DNA of 64,000 nt from Acidobacteriota bacterium (GTDB taxonomy: Bacteria; Acidobacteriota; Blastocatellia; Pyrinomonadales; Pyrinomonadaceae), in NCBI GenBank assembly GCA_031408595.1, contig JANNWQ010000296.1, positions 916 to 64,915 on the forward strand. The letters are read 5' to 3'. The translations under genes and the position numbers were made by a program. The notes under the pieces were generated by a model that was given only the letters and a program-made list of their open reading frames with translations, ran no database searches and was not told the origin of the DNA. Shown one piece after another: positions 27,320 to 36,109 of the stretch (position 1 is its first letter; each line of letters starts with the position of its first letter).

Positions 27320-28216
27320 TCATCGAGCGGGTGCACCTCGACGCATCTTGGTTCCGCCCGTAAGCCGCAGGAACCGAGCGATGTTTCGCGGGTCGTAGGC
27401 CACGCTTGTCAGCGAGTGGTGGACGAACGCGCCATACCATCCGGCTGCCAAATACGATCCGGCCAGAGTCAGGTGCAGATTACCGTAGGCCCGCCTCCTG
27501 ATCGCAGCAACGTCGGCGGCGGGTTCTGCGAACGCTTTCTCGAACGCGAGTATCATGTCGTGTTCCATCGCCCCTACGTTTGCGTGCATATTCGAGTCGT
27601 GAACGCGGTAACGCAAAAGCACCTCTTCCACAAATGCTACCTCGTATCGTTCACTTATCCGGCAGAAAAGATCCCAGTCAGCCGAGGTCGAGAGTCGAGT
27701 GTCAAAACCACCGGCTTCGTCGAAAATCCGACGCGGCAAGACTATCCCGCTGCCACCACCATAGACACACTCGATGGTTAGCATGAAGAAATCCGGTGTG
27801 CGTCGGCCATCAAGGCCATTCCGCTTTTTAGCCAATACGTTTCCGTCGCTGTCCACTTCATCCACGGAAACATGTACCATTCCCAGAGTCGGAACGGCAG
27901 CAAACTTTGCCATCTGCAATTCGAGCTTTCGCGGCAGCCAAACGTCGTCGGCGTCTAAAAAGGCGATGTATTCGCCTCGACTTGCCTTGACTCCATTATT
28001 TCTGGTCGCAGAAACCCCTTGATTTTGTTGAAAGATGCCGGTCACTTTTTCGCCAAGGCTTTCTATCGTCATTCGCGAAGCGTCCGACGAACCGTCATCC
28101 ACAACAATGATCTCGATATTCTCATAAGTCTGAGCGAGCACGCTGGCGATCGCCTCGCGAAGATAGTCCGCGTAGTTATAGTTGGGAATGATCACGCTGA
28201 CGAGCGGCGATTCCAT
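27320..28216 (-). CDS. glycosyltransferase family 2 (GT-A)
   Basis: The internal ATG at 28216 gives MESPLVSVIIPNYNYADYLREAIASVLAQT...VVDDGSSD...FLDADD. The upstream part of track ORF 27320..28471 overlaps the preceding gene. Confidence 0.85.
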   Translation of the reverse strand: MESPLVSVIIPNYNYADYLREAIASVLAQTYENIEIIVVDDGSSDASRMTIESLGEKVTGIFQQNQGVSATRNNGVKASRGEYIAFLDADDVWLPRKLELQMAKFAAVPTLGMVHVSVDEVDSDGNVLAKKRNGLDGRRTPDFFMLTIECVYGGGSGIVLPRRIFDEAGGFDTRLSTSADWDLFCRISERYEVAFVEEVLLRYRVHDSNMHANVGAMEHDMILAFEKAFAEPAADVAAIRRRAYGNLHLTLAGSYLAAGWYGAFVHHSLTSVAYDPRNIARFLRLTGGTKMRRGAPAR

Positions 28217-28218
28217 GC

Positions 28219-29151
28219 TTATTTCTTCTCTGCCCACGTTTGAATGTACGTGCCCATCTCGCCGAGGCCGCTCAGCCGTGTGATGGCCCGCGAGCCGAGA
28301 CTTTCGACCTTGCCAGTTAGTCCCCCGCTCGACGGAACAAGGCTCGTGCCACCGAAAACCTCCCAGAGCTTTGGCTCGAGGCCGTGCTTGCAGAGAAGCT
28401 TTTTGAGCGACCGTGGGCCAAACCCGAAAACGTGAAACGGCGAGAAGGTCGGAGCAAGATTGACGCACCATTTACGGCCACGGAGCTTTTGATAGAAGTT
28501 TCCAACCTTGAAAAACAGCCCTTTTTCGTTGGGCACATCGAGCATGATAAAGCCGCCCGGACGCAGCACTTCGGCTATCTTCCTAATTACCAGATCAGGG
28601 TCGTAGAGATGTTCGAGCACGGCAGAAAGAATGACGATGTCGAAAGTTTCCGGTTCGATATTGCAATCCTCGATCGCACTTCGCCAGACCTTTGTTCCCG
28701 AGACGCGTTCGGCGTGGTCGGCAAACGTCTCGGACGGCTCGACGCCTTCGCAGTCCCATCCGGCGGCGATCGCGGCCGTCAGAATCTCGCCTCGCCCAAC
28801 TCCGACGTCGAGGAGCTTGCCTTTTCTTCCCAAAAGCTTTTCCGCCATCGCGAGCATCTCACTAGCACCGTTTAGGCGATTATCAACATCGTGATGAGCA
28901 AAATAATCGTCCGCCTCCATGCCGTAATGCTGGCCGAGACCGCGTTCCGGGATCGGCATCGGGTTTGGAAAGATCAGCTCACAACCCCCGCATTCCCATA
29001 TATCGGTCTCAACCCCGAGGCCCTGGCGGTGCGAAGTTCCCCCGCGTGAGCCTATAAATCTGGTCGGCGCGGCATTGCAGATCGGGCAGTCTTGCACCTT
29101 CCAAATATAGCCGTCGCGAACCTCGCTGGCGGTTTGTTCAATCGAAACCAT
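28219..29151 (-). CDS. class I SAM-dependent methyltransferase with N-terminal zinc-ribbon
   Basis: CPICNA...CGGCEL, LLDVGVGRGE, FDIVILSAVLEHLYDP. Confidence 0.8.
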   Translation of the reverse strand: MVSIEQTASEVRDGYIWKVQDCPICNAAPTRFIGSRGGTSHRQGLGVETDIWECGGCELIFPNPMPIPERGLGQHYGMEADDYFAHHDVDNRLNGASEMLAMAEKLLGRKGKLLDVGVGRGEILTAAIAAGWDCEGVEPSETFADHAERVSGTKVWRSAIEDCNIEPETFDIVILSAVLEHLYDPDLVIRKIAEVLRPGGFIMLDVPNEKGLFFKVGNFYQKLRGRKWCVNLAPTFSPFHVFGFGPRSLKKLLCKHGLEPKLWEVFGGTSLVPSSGGLTGKVESLGSRAITRLSGLGEMGTYIQTWAEKK

Positions 29152-29189
29152 AACTTAGAGCCTACAAAGATTTGCGTTTCACCACAACC

Positions 29190-30077
29190 CTAGTCCGCGA
29201 TCGCGTAGACATCGATACCGCCATCGCCAAGCGGTGAAAAATCGTGAGTCTCGCCGATCAGTTCATCGGTCTCGGAATGTCTAATCACGTATCCAAAGCC
29301 ATGCAGATACGCGACCATCTCATTCGGACTCGTGCCATTTTTGAGCAGCCGAGTGTAGCCGACCTCGATAAAAAGCTTCGGCTTGTGGGTCGTCAGCAGA
29401 TGCTTCGCCCCGCGAAGAGCATGCATCTCATAGCCCTCGATATCGATCTTGATGACATCAACTTTCGCGATGCCGTTTTCGACGATGACATTATCGATCG
29501 TGTCGACTTCGATAGTCGTAAAATCATCGAACTGAGATGCCTCCGTCTCACTGAGAATGCGGTTCATACCGCGATTATTGGGATCGATGCGGAAAAGCTT
29601 CAGCGTTTGCCTGCTGTCCGAGACGCCGAGGTTGAAGACGTGAAGATTGTCAAAATCATTCAGCTCAATGTTTCTGGAAACGTTTTTGTAATTCCGCTCG
29701 TCCGGTTCAAATCCATAAACAAAACCTTTCTTTCCAGTCATCCGTGCAAAATTCAGCAACGTTTCACCGATATTTGTGCCAACGTCGAGTACGGTGTCGC
29801 CGGGCTTTACCAGCGAATAAAGCGAATCGCGCGTCTTATCCTTCAACCCCCAGTAAACAAACCACTGCATCAGGCAGCTGTTGTCGAGTTCGTAATGGAC
29901 ACCGTCTCGAGTCGCACGCCGAATCGTTCCGCTTCTGTAAAGGTCGGGTGGCGGGATTATTTTAGACGTGTTCCCCTGAAATTCAGTCCCTTTGACGAAA
30001 AGCAAGAGCAACTTTTCAAAGGGCAGAAAAGTAAAGATCTTGCGCAGTTTCAGTAGATTGGTCTTAAGATTGGCCAT
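29190..30077 (-). CDS. FkbM family methyltransferase
   Basis: VLDVGTNIGETLLNFAR...GFEPDERNYKNV...VIKIDIEGYEMHALRGA. Confidence 0.85.
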   Translation of the reverse strand: MANLKTNLLKLRKIFTFLPFEKLLLLFVKGTEFQGNTSKIIPPPDLYRSGTIRRATRDGVHYELDNSCLMQWFVYWGLKDKTRDSLYSLVKPGDTVLDVGTNIGETLLNFARMTGKKGFVYGFEPDERNYKNVSRNIELNDFDNLHVFNLGVSDSRQTLKLFRIDPNNRGMNRILSETEASQFDDFTTIEVDTIDNVIVENGIAKVDVIKIDIEGYEMHALRGAKHLLTTHKPKLFIEVGYTRLLKNGTSPNEMVAYLHGFGYVIRHSETDELIGETHDFSPLGDGGIDVYAIAD

Positions 30078-30088
30078 GCCTAAATGGG

Positions 30089-30871
30089 TTATCGTTTACG
30101 GCAAACGGCGAGCAATGTTGTCGCGGTCTCTACGTCACGTTCATCAAAATTGTAATCCATTTCGATTGGATAGAAAGGTTTGCTCCAGATCATTTCGCTC
30201 AGACGTTCTCGGAGGGCGAAGGGGATCTTGTTGAATATCTTCCAACCGACAAGCCGCACTTGCGTCGTTACATCCTTAGGTAGATTCTTTTGAGCCTCGT
30301 AAAAGGGCGGTATTCCGGTCGCAGGGTCGAGGGTTTGGCCGAGAAATTGGTCGATAACGAATGTCGCCTTGATCTCGTCGCGTAGTTCCTGCGGCGTGTA
30401 TTCGTGGATGTGAAACGGATTTGACCATTTGCCGTTCACGGGTTTTGAATAGTTAGCGTTCGGCGTCGAAAGGAGCAAGATGCCGTCGGGAGTTAGCACG
30501 CGTGCGAGTTCTGCGAGAAAAGCGGAGCGTTCGTGCAGATGTTCGAGGGTCTCAAAAGAAGTGATCACATCAAAGCTCGCATCCGCAAATGGTAAACCGA
30601 GTCCGTTGCCGAGAAGAACATCCGCCCTTTCGTCACATTCTGCCAACGCTTCCGCAGCCGCGATCGGATCGACATCGACGCCCGTCACATGCCTTGCCTG
30701 CTTTTTTAATATCGCGATGCCGTAACCGGTTCCGCAAGCGATATCGAGCACCGCCTTATTCTCGACAAACGCTAGCGAAAAGAAATACCGGGCCGCGTGT
30801 TCGCCCCAGTACGGCGAAAGCCGTCCGGCGTCGATCACATTTGCACCTTGAAATCTTTCCGCAACCGCCAT
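30089..30871 (-). CDS. class I SAM-dependent methyltransferase
   Basis: VLDIACGTGYG, FDVITSFETLEHL. Confidence 0.85.
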   Translation of the reverse strand: MAVAERFQGANVIDAGRLSPYWGEHAARYFFSLAFVENKAVLDIACGTGYGIAILKKQARHVTGVDVDPIAAAEALAECDERADVLLGNGLGLPFADASFDVITSFETLEHLHERSAFLAELARVLTPDGILLLSTPNANYSKPVNGKWSNPFHIHEYTPQELRDEIKATFVIDQFLGQTLDPATGIPPFYEAQKNLPKDVTTQVRLVGWKIFNKIPFALRERLSEMIWSKPFYPIEMDYNFDERDVETATTLLAVCRKR

Positions 30872-31981
30872 TTAACGTTCGTCCACCCACTTTTTGTAGA
30901 GTTCGAGATGCCGTTCGACCATCGTCGCGGCGGAAAATCGTTCGCGAACTGAGTTCATGCCGGCCACAGCCATCGCTTTGCGACGATCCAAATTACTTGC
31001 GAGTTCGAGAACCGATGCCGTGATCGCATCCGGATCATCGGGTTCGATCAAGATCCCATTCACATTATTCTCGACAACCTCGCTTGCACCACCGACTTTG
31101 GTCGCAATTACCGGAAGGCCGCAGCCCATGGCTTCGATCAGCACCTGCGAGAATGCCTCGCTCAGGCTCGGCTGGACGAAGATATCCATAGCGTTATACA
31201 CCGCAGAAGCGTCGTCGCGCCAGCCAGCGAAAGTTATCCGGCGTCCGAGTCCGAGACGTCCGACGGTGTCCTCGACCTCTATTAGTTTCCCTCGGCCTGC
31301 TAGGATGAGCTTGGCATTTGGGATCTGTCGTTTGACCTCATCGAAAGCATTCATCAATTGAACATGTCCCTTCCCCGACGCAAAATTGGCGACATAGCCG
31401 ATCACAAGATCGTCATCGGCAAAGCCAAATTCTGCCCGGGTTGCTGCTCGCTTTCCGGCATTTGGCGTCATCTGCTCGAAATCGAAACCGAGGTATACGA
31501 CCTCGATATCATCGCGACGAATGCCATCCACGTCGAGCATATATTGCCGAGCCGCCTCGGAGACGGTCATCACCGTATCAGCCCTTTCGGCCATCCATTT
31601 GTCGGCGCACACGTGAAACGCTGAGCCCAGCATTCGCACGACGCCAGTGTGATGCCTCATCATTGCGAATGTCGTATCGCCAAGCTGTTTCTTTGCAAAT
31701 GCCGCGGCAAGGCCCGAATAGAATAGATGCGTGTGAAGGATATCTATCTTTTCGCTTCGCACAAGCTCGGCAACCTTCTTGCGGGCCGAAAAGATCTTTC
31801 GGCTGCCCATCGCATCGAGCGAGTGATAGGCGACACCTGGAAATTGGGCGAGCCACGACGGAGCGGTGCCGCTGCCGAGTTCGACGAGCAGCAGCTCGAT
31901 GCCTCTAGCGGTCAGACCGGCAGTGATGTTCCTAAAATAATCGCCCGCGACCGGACCGTCGCATAAATGGCAGACTCGCAT
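30872..31981 (-). CDS. glycosyltransferase family 4 (GT-B)
   Basis: 369 aa, EAFSQVLIEAMGCGLPVIATKVGGASEVVENNVNG. Confidence 0.85.
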   Translation of the reverse strand: MRVCHLCDGPVAGDYFRNITAGLTARGIELLLVELGSGTAPSWLAQFPGVAYHSLDAMGSRKIFSARKKVAELVRSEKIDILHTHLFYSGLAAAFAKKQLGDTTFAMMRHHTGVVRMLGSAFHVCADKWMAERADTVMTVSEAARQYMLDVDGIRRDDIEVVYLGFDFEQMTPNAGKRAATRAEFGFADDDLVIGYVANFASGKGHVQLMNAFDEVKRQIPNAKLILAGRGKLIEVEDTVGRLGLGRRITFAGWRDDASAVYNAMDIFVQPSLSEAFSQVLIEAMGCGLPVIATKVGGASEVVENNVNGILIEPDDPDAITASVLELASNLDRRKAMAVAGMNSVRERFSAATMVERHLELYKKWVDER

Positions 31982-31984
31982 GAT

Positions 31985-32749
31985 TTAAGACGGTATCAGA
32001 TTCACGTCGAAAAGGTCAGTTTGCGACGTAAACCACTCGCGTGTCGGCCGCGTCCCGTCGAAGTCCATATCGAGCTTGTATTCGCCGACAAGATCCCAGA
32101 TCTCACCTAGCGATTGACCATTTTTCTTAATAAATTTGGGATGCAGGCCGAGTCTCGCGGTCGGACGCTGAGTGGTGAAAACTTCGCGGGCACCGATCAA
32201 AACGTCAAGCTCGGCTCCCTCGACATCGATCTTGATACACGAAACACTTAGGCCGCGTTCGCGGACAAATTCGTCGACGCTGATGAGCGTGATCGGTATC
32301 TCGGTCTTGCTCAGCTCGCTGCGGACGAGCGAATTTGCATTCGAGATCTCGCTGCCGGTGTCGTAAAAGACGGTCTCGCCGCGTTTGGACGAGACGGCTT
32401 CGCCTCGTATCTCGACGATGTCGCCGCAATCATTGAGAGCTACAACTTCCTCCAGGACGCTGCGTGTGAATGGAGTCGGTTCAAAAGTAAATACCTTGCC
32501 AGTCGGGCCAACAAGCTTCGCCGTCGTGACAGCAAAAAGCCCGATGTGGCCTCCGATATCTAGTACCGTGTCGCCGGGCTTCAGATTCTCGTGAAAGAAA
32601 TCGAACGTCTCCGGCTCATATTCAGCCTCGTAATAACGGCTCCATTTTGGCGGAAAACGGATCTCTTCGCCGCCTATGTGGCGGTTAAAGCCTTTGCCGA
32701 GCGTGATCGCGTCGATGGTCTTATATGCGAGGTCTTTTACGAGGCTCAT
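31985..32749 (-). CDS. FkbM family methyltransferase
   Basis: VLDIGGHIGLFAV...FTFEPTPFT...CIKIDVEGAELDVLIGA. Confidence 0.85.
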   Translation of the reverse strand: MSLVKDLAYKTIDAITLGKGFNRHIGGEEIRFPPKWSRYYEAEYEPETFDFFHENLKPGDTVLDIGGHIGLFAVTTAKLVGPTGKVFTFEPTPFTRSVLEEVVALNDCGDIVEIRGEAVSSKRGETVFYDTGSEISNANSLVRSELSKTEIPITLISVDEFVRERGLSVSCIKIDVEGAELDVLIGAREVFTTQRPTARLGLHPKFIKKNGQSLGEIWDLVGEYKLDMDFDGTRPTREWFTSQTDLFDVNLIPS

Positions 32750-32792
32750 TTACGGTCCCCCGTACTCGCGTAGTTGTTTATTTGGAGAGCTT

Positions 32793-33599
32793 TCATGCCT
32801 TATATGCAATGGTCAAAACGTGACTCGGCAAGCGGTCATTGGGCATGATCTTTTCGAAAACCCACGCTATTAGGTTAACTGCAAAACAAAAAAGCCACAA
32901 CAAAGGCCGCAATAACAGCCCGATCGGGTACAACCACTTGTTCCAAAGAAAAACGTACTCGTAAACGTACAGGTTGATCATAACGGCCAGCGTTATGGCC
33001 ATGTCGTTGATCGGGACGATCTTCTCAACCGTCAGTCCGTGCCGCTCCATTATCACCGGCAAACCGGCCGGGCTGAACCTGTAGTAATCGTGCTTATCGT
33101 GTATTGGATACACAAAAGCCGCAGTCGTGATAAGCGTTCCGCCCGGAGCGAGGATGCGTGCAAATTCCGAGATCGTTCGCTCAGGATCTGGCAGATCAAC
33201 GATAACTTCCGTACAGAGAACGGTGTCGAAACTACCGTCCGCAAATGGCAAATACCCCGCATCGCCGCATACATCGGCGCGGTTTCCCCGATAGCCGCTG
33301 ATCGGCGAATAATCCAGCCCGTAGTGCTTGTCTACGAACGGAGCAAAGTCCGTCTCGTGCGGTTTGATCCCACATCCGACATCGAGCATCCGGCCGTGAG
33401 CCGCACGCGCGTTGTCCCTGACCACTTGTTTTAGACGCCTGACGACCCAAAAAGCCGAACCAAATGGCGTCCCGGCGATATTATTCTCAGTCCACAGAAT
33501 ATCTGCCGTCTGAATGCGCCGTGCAAGAGCCGCGAGGCCGGTATGTTGCTCGCGTTCGTGCGTAAGGGTCGAAAATTCCGGGAGCTTAACCGGCCGCAT
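32793..33599 (-). CDS. class I SAM-dependent methyltransferase with hydrophobic C-terminal (membrane) segment
   Basis: MLDVGCGIKP, FDTVLCTEVIVDLPDP, then ITLAVMINLYVYEYVFLWNKWLYPIGLLLRPLLWLFCFAVNLIAWVF. Confidence 0.8.
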   Translation of the reverse strand: MRPVKLPEFSTLTHEREQHTGLAALARRIQTADILWTENNIAGTPFGSAFWVVRRLKQVVRDNARAAHGRMLDVGCGIKPHETDFAPFVDKHYGLDYSPISGYRGNRADVCGDAGYLPFADGSFDTVLCTEVIVDLPDPERTISEFARILAPGGTLITTAAFVYPIHDKHDYYRFSPAGLPVIMERHGLTVEKIVPINDMAITLAVMINLYVYEYVFLWNKWLYPIGLLLRPLLWLFCFAVNLIAWVFEKIMPNDRLPSHVLTIAYKA

Positions 33600-35088
33600 T
33601 TGCAGTCCTCCAAAATCCGGAAACGAATCCGTAAAGTTCGATGATCGAGTCTTTTCGATATATCGCGATCAACACGCTCGATGCGATACAGCCGACGAAT
33701 GCCCAGATCGGTAGTTCGTACGATACGATCACGGCACCGACAAGGCTCGGCACAAAGGCGAGAAACGTCCACGAATATGGCATTCCGGATTCGCGGCGAA
33801 GTAACACGGCGAAGATGATCACGCTTGCTGCGTACGCTAGAAAAGTCGCCCATGCACAGCCAACCATTCCGTACTTAGGTATTAGATAGAAGTTTGCGGC
33901 GATATTTGCCGCCGCGGCAAAGCATGACGCGACGAGCGAAATATAAGTCGCCGAGGTGGCATTCGCAAAGGCCGCATAACCGACAGCAACCGGTATCCAG
34001 AATATCGAGCTGGCGAGTAAGATCCACAGCGGCAGCACTGCACCGCCAAACTCGGTTTTGAATACGAGTGGAATAAAAAAGTATCCGAGGCTAGCAAGAA
34101 CCGCACAAGCCGCTCCCCAGGCCAGAACGAGAGGCGGCAAAATGTGTCGAAAGAAGTGGAACGAGCGTTCGCCCTGCGTCTCGGCTTCCTGCGTCAACAA
34201 CAATGGCAGCAGGATGGTGTTGGCGATCGTCGGCACCTGCATCGCGATGCCGTTTATCTGAGTTGCGACGGCATAGACGCCGAGGTCGGCTTTTGAGAGA
34301 AATTTCGAGATAAACGCCGCATCGACGTAGTTGCCTGACAAGAATCCGACAAACCAATACGGCAGCAACGGCAGAGAATAGACGAGCGTTTTCTTAAAGA
34401 TCTCGGCGTCGAGCGAAAAGCGTCGAAAGATCATGCTTCGCAATTGAATGACGCCGACCAGCATCATCGCCGCCGAACCCGCGATATAACATATCACCGC
34501 CGAGCGAACATCGATGGTCCCCGAAAAATACAACGCCGCGACGCCTGCGAGAATGATCAACCGCTCAAACATCTGCAGCATTCCCTGGCCGCGCAGCATC
34601 TTTGCCGCCTGCATCCCCATTTGCACATGCATCCAAAATGCCGAGATCACAAAATGGACCAGGACCAGCCACAACATGTCCGGCGTCAGCCTCAGCCAGT
34701 CACCTAGGAACGGGAACCAAAGGGACGTGCCTGCGAGGAGCAAAGCAAGATTCGCCGCGAGTATGAGAAGGCGGCTCCAAAAGGTGCGGGCGATAGCTCC
34801 GCCGGAAACAAATTCGTCCACGCCAAAACGGATCACTGCGACAGTCGTCCAGTTCGTAAAAAGCTGGACGATCTGCGATGCGGCGATGACCGCGAAAACA
34901 CCGCCGTAGCCATCCGACCCGATCTTTTGCGTGATAAGCCAAACGGCCGCAAACGCAAACGCCGAGCTCCCAACCTGATAGATCAGCAGCCAAAAGTAAT
35001 TACGCGGAGCGTGCCGCACGTCCCAGTCGGAGCTTTGCCGCTCCGAGACAGGCATCTGAGAGACAGGATTTTCACGCAGTTCATCCAT
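33586..35088 (-). CDS. wzx: Wzx-type oligosaccharide flippase (MOP superfamily), copy 1
   Basis: 500 aa, ~12-14 TM helices, and a paralog of 36110..37648. Confidence 0.85.
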   Translation of the reverse strand: MDELRENPVSQMPVSERQSSDWDVRHAPRNYFWLLIYQVGSSAFAFAAVWLITQKIGSDGYGGVFAVIAASQIVQLFTNWTTVAVIRFGVDEFVSGGAIARTFWSRLLILAANLALLLAGTSLWFPFLGDWLRLTPDMLWLVLVHFVISAFWMHVQMGMQAAKMLRGQGMLQMFERLIILAGVAALYFSGTIDVRSAVICYIAGSAAMMLVGVIQLRSMIFRRFSLDAEIFKKTLVYSLPLLPYWFVGFLSGNYVDAAFISKFLSKADLGVYAVATQINGIAMQVPTIANTILLPLLLTQEAETQGERSFHFFRHILPPLVLAWGAACAVLASLGYFFIPLVFKTEFGGAVLPLWILLASSIFWIPVAVGYAAFANATSATYISLVASCFAAAANIAANFYLIPKYGMVGCAWATFLAYAASVIIFAVLLRRESGMPYSWTFLAFVPSLVGAVIVSYELPIWAFVGCIASSVLIAIYRKDSIIELYGFVSGFWRTANAAG

Positions 35089-36007
35089 CGAGTATGCCCA
35101 TCATGGCGAGTACAGGTGCAAAGTATCTATAGAACGGTGCAAGGATCTTGTTGATCCAGAGGTCGTCCTGTTTTCCGTCTACCGCGATCACAGTCTTACC
35201 GTTGAATTTTGCGATGCTCAGATGATGCCCGCCGCGGGCGTTCCAGCTATGCTCGAGTTCGAAATAATGGTCGGTAACAACAGATTCGGAATAGCTTGTT
35301 TTCGTAAGGTCAGTGATCTCAAGAATACCAATATTGCGTCCGTATTCACCTGAGCCGTCCTGGGCGATGCGGTAGAGCTTGCCATCGAGCAGTATCGGGC
35401 TGCCGCCGCATTGACTGTATCGCGGGTCATCGGTGATCGGGTTTTTTTTATGGGGAATCAGATGTCCGTCTTTGAGATCGTCGGTGTAGTAGAGCTCGAG
35501 GCCGTGTGCCGAGGTGGTGAAAAAGTACCAGACGCCATCGTGTTTGGTAAGCGACGAATCTTTGTACGACCCGTGCAGAAGCACTCGATCCTTGACCAGT
35601 TTGTGTGGAAACTCCTCGAACCGGTACAGTACAACCTCATCCGTCGCGAGTGTCTCGGGCATTAGGTAGATAACGCCATCGTCCTCAAATACGAACGGGA
35701 AAGACAGGTGAAAAGGTTCGATGAGTATCTCGCCGAGCCATTCGAAATTCACCAGATCGCGGGTTCGCTTCGCCTCGATCCTGCCGTGTTCGCCCGAAGC
35801 TTGGACCTCGTAAAACATGTAGAGATATTCGCCGTGAGGGAAGAGAAACGGATCAGCATAAGTGTGTACATGCTGATGTGATGCCCGTTTTCGGCGGGAA
35901 TCAAGCACAAAAACCGGTGGGCTGAACGCGCTTTCAAACGAAAAAACACCATCCTCAACGTAGACCGCAATGCTCCAGACACGATTCTTTTTGAGTTTAC
36001 CGAACAA
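35081..36007 (-). CDS. beta-propeller-like protein (GH43-like / 'glucosamine inositolphosphorylceramide transferase family' type), function unknown
   Basis: ADPFLFPHGEYLYMFYEVQ, FPFVFEDDGVIYLMPE, VWYFFTT. TTG start. The family call is from memory and tentative. Confidence 0.65.
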   Translation of the reverse strand: MFGKLKKNRVWSIAVYVEDGVFSFESAFSPPVFVLDSRRKRASHQHVHTYADPFLFPHGEYLYMFYEVQASGEHGRIEAKRTRDLVNFEWLGEILIEPFHLSFPFVFEDDGVIYLMPETLATDEVVLYRFEEFPHKLVKDRVLLHGSYKDSSLTKHDGVWYFFTTSAHGLELYYTDDLKDGHLIPHKKNPITDDPRYSQCGGSPILLDGKLYRIAQDGSGEYGRNIGILEITDLTKTSYSESVVTDHYFELEHSWNARGGHHLSIAKFNGKTVIAVDGKQDDLWINKILAPFYRYFAPVLAMMGILDG

Positions 36008-36109
36008 GGATAAATACTTCTATAGAATTGAACGCTAAATGATGGCAAACCATCACGCCCAATGCAATCCATGATAGCGATTAGCGACTCTGCGTCGGAT
36101 TTACAATAA

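Noticed and set aside
29244-30056. Long ORFs antisense to confidently called genes: 29244..30056, 51299..52300, 46194..47078, 21547..22257, 4952..5650, 53098..53769, 44032..44694, 45679..46161 and 23654..24142.
   Set aside because: Each lies fully inside a gene with clear family motifs on the other strand. The products are Arg/Ser-rich or otherwise unprotein-like, as is typical of GC-rich shadow ORFs.
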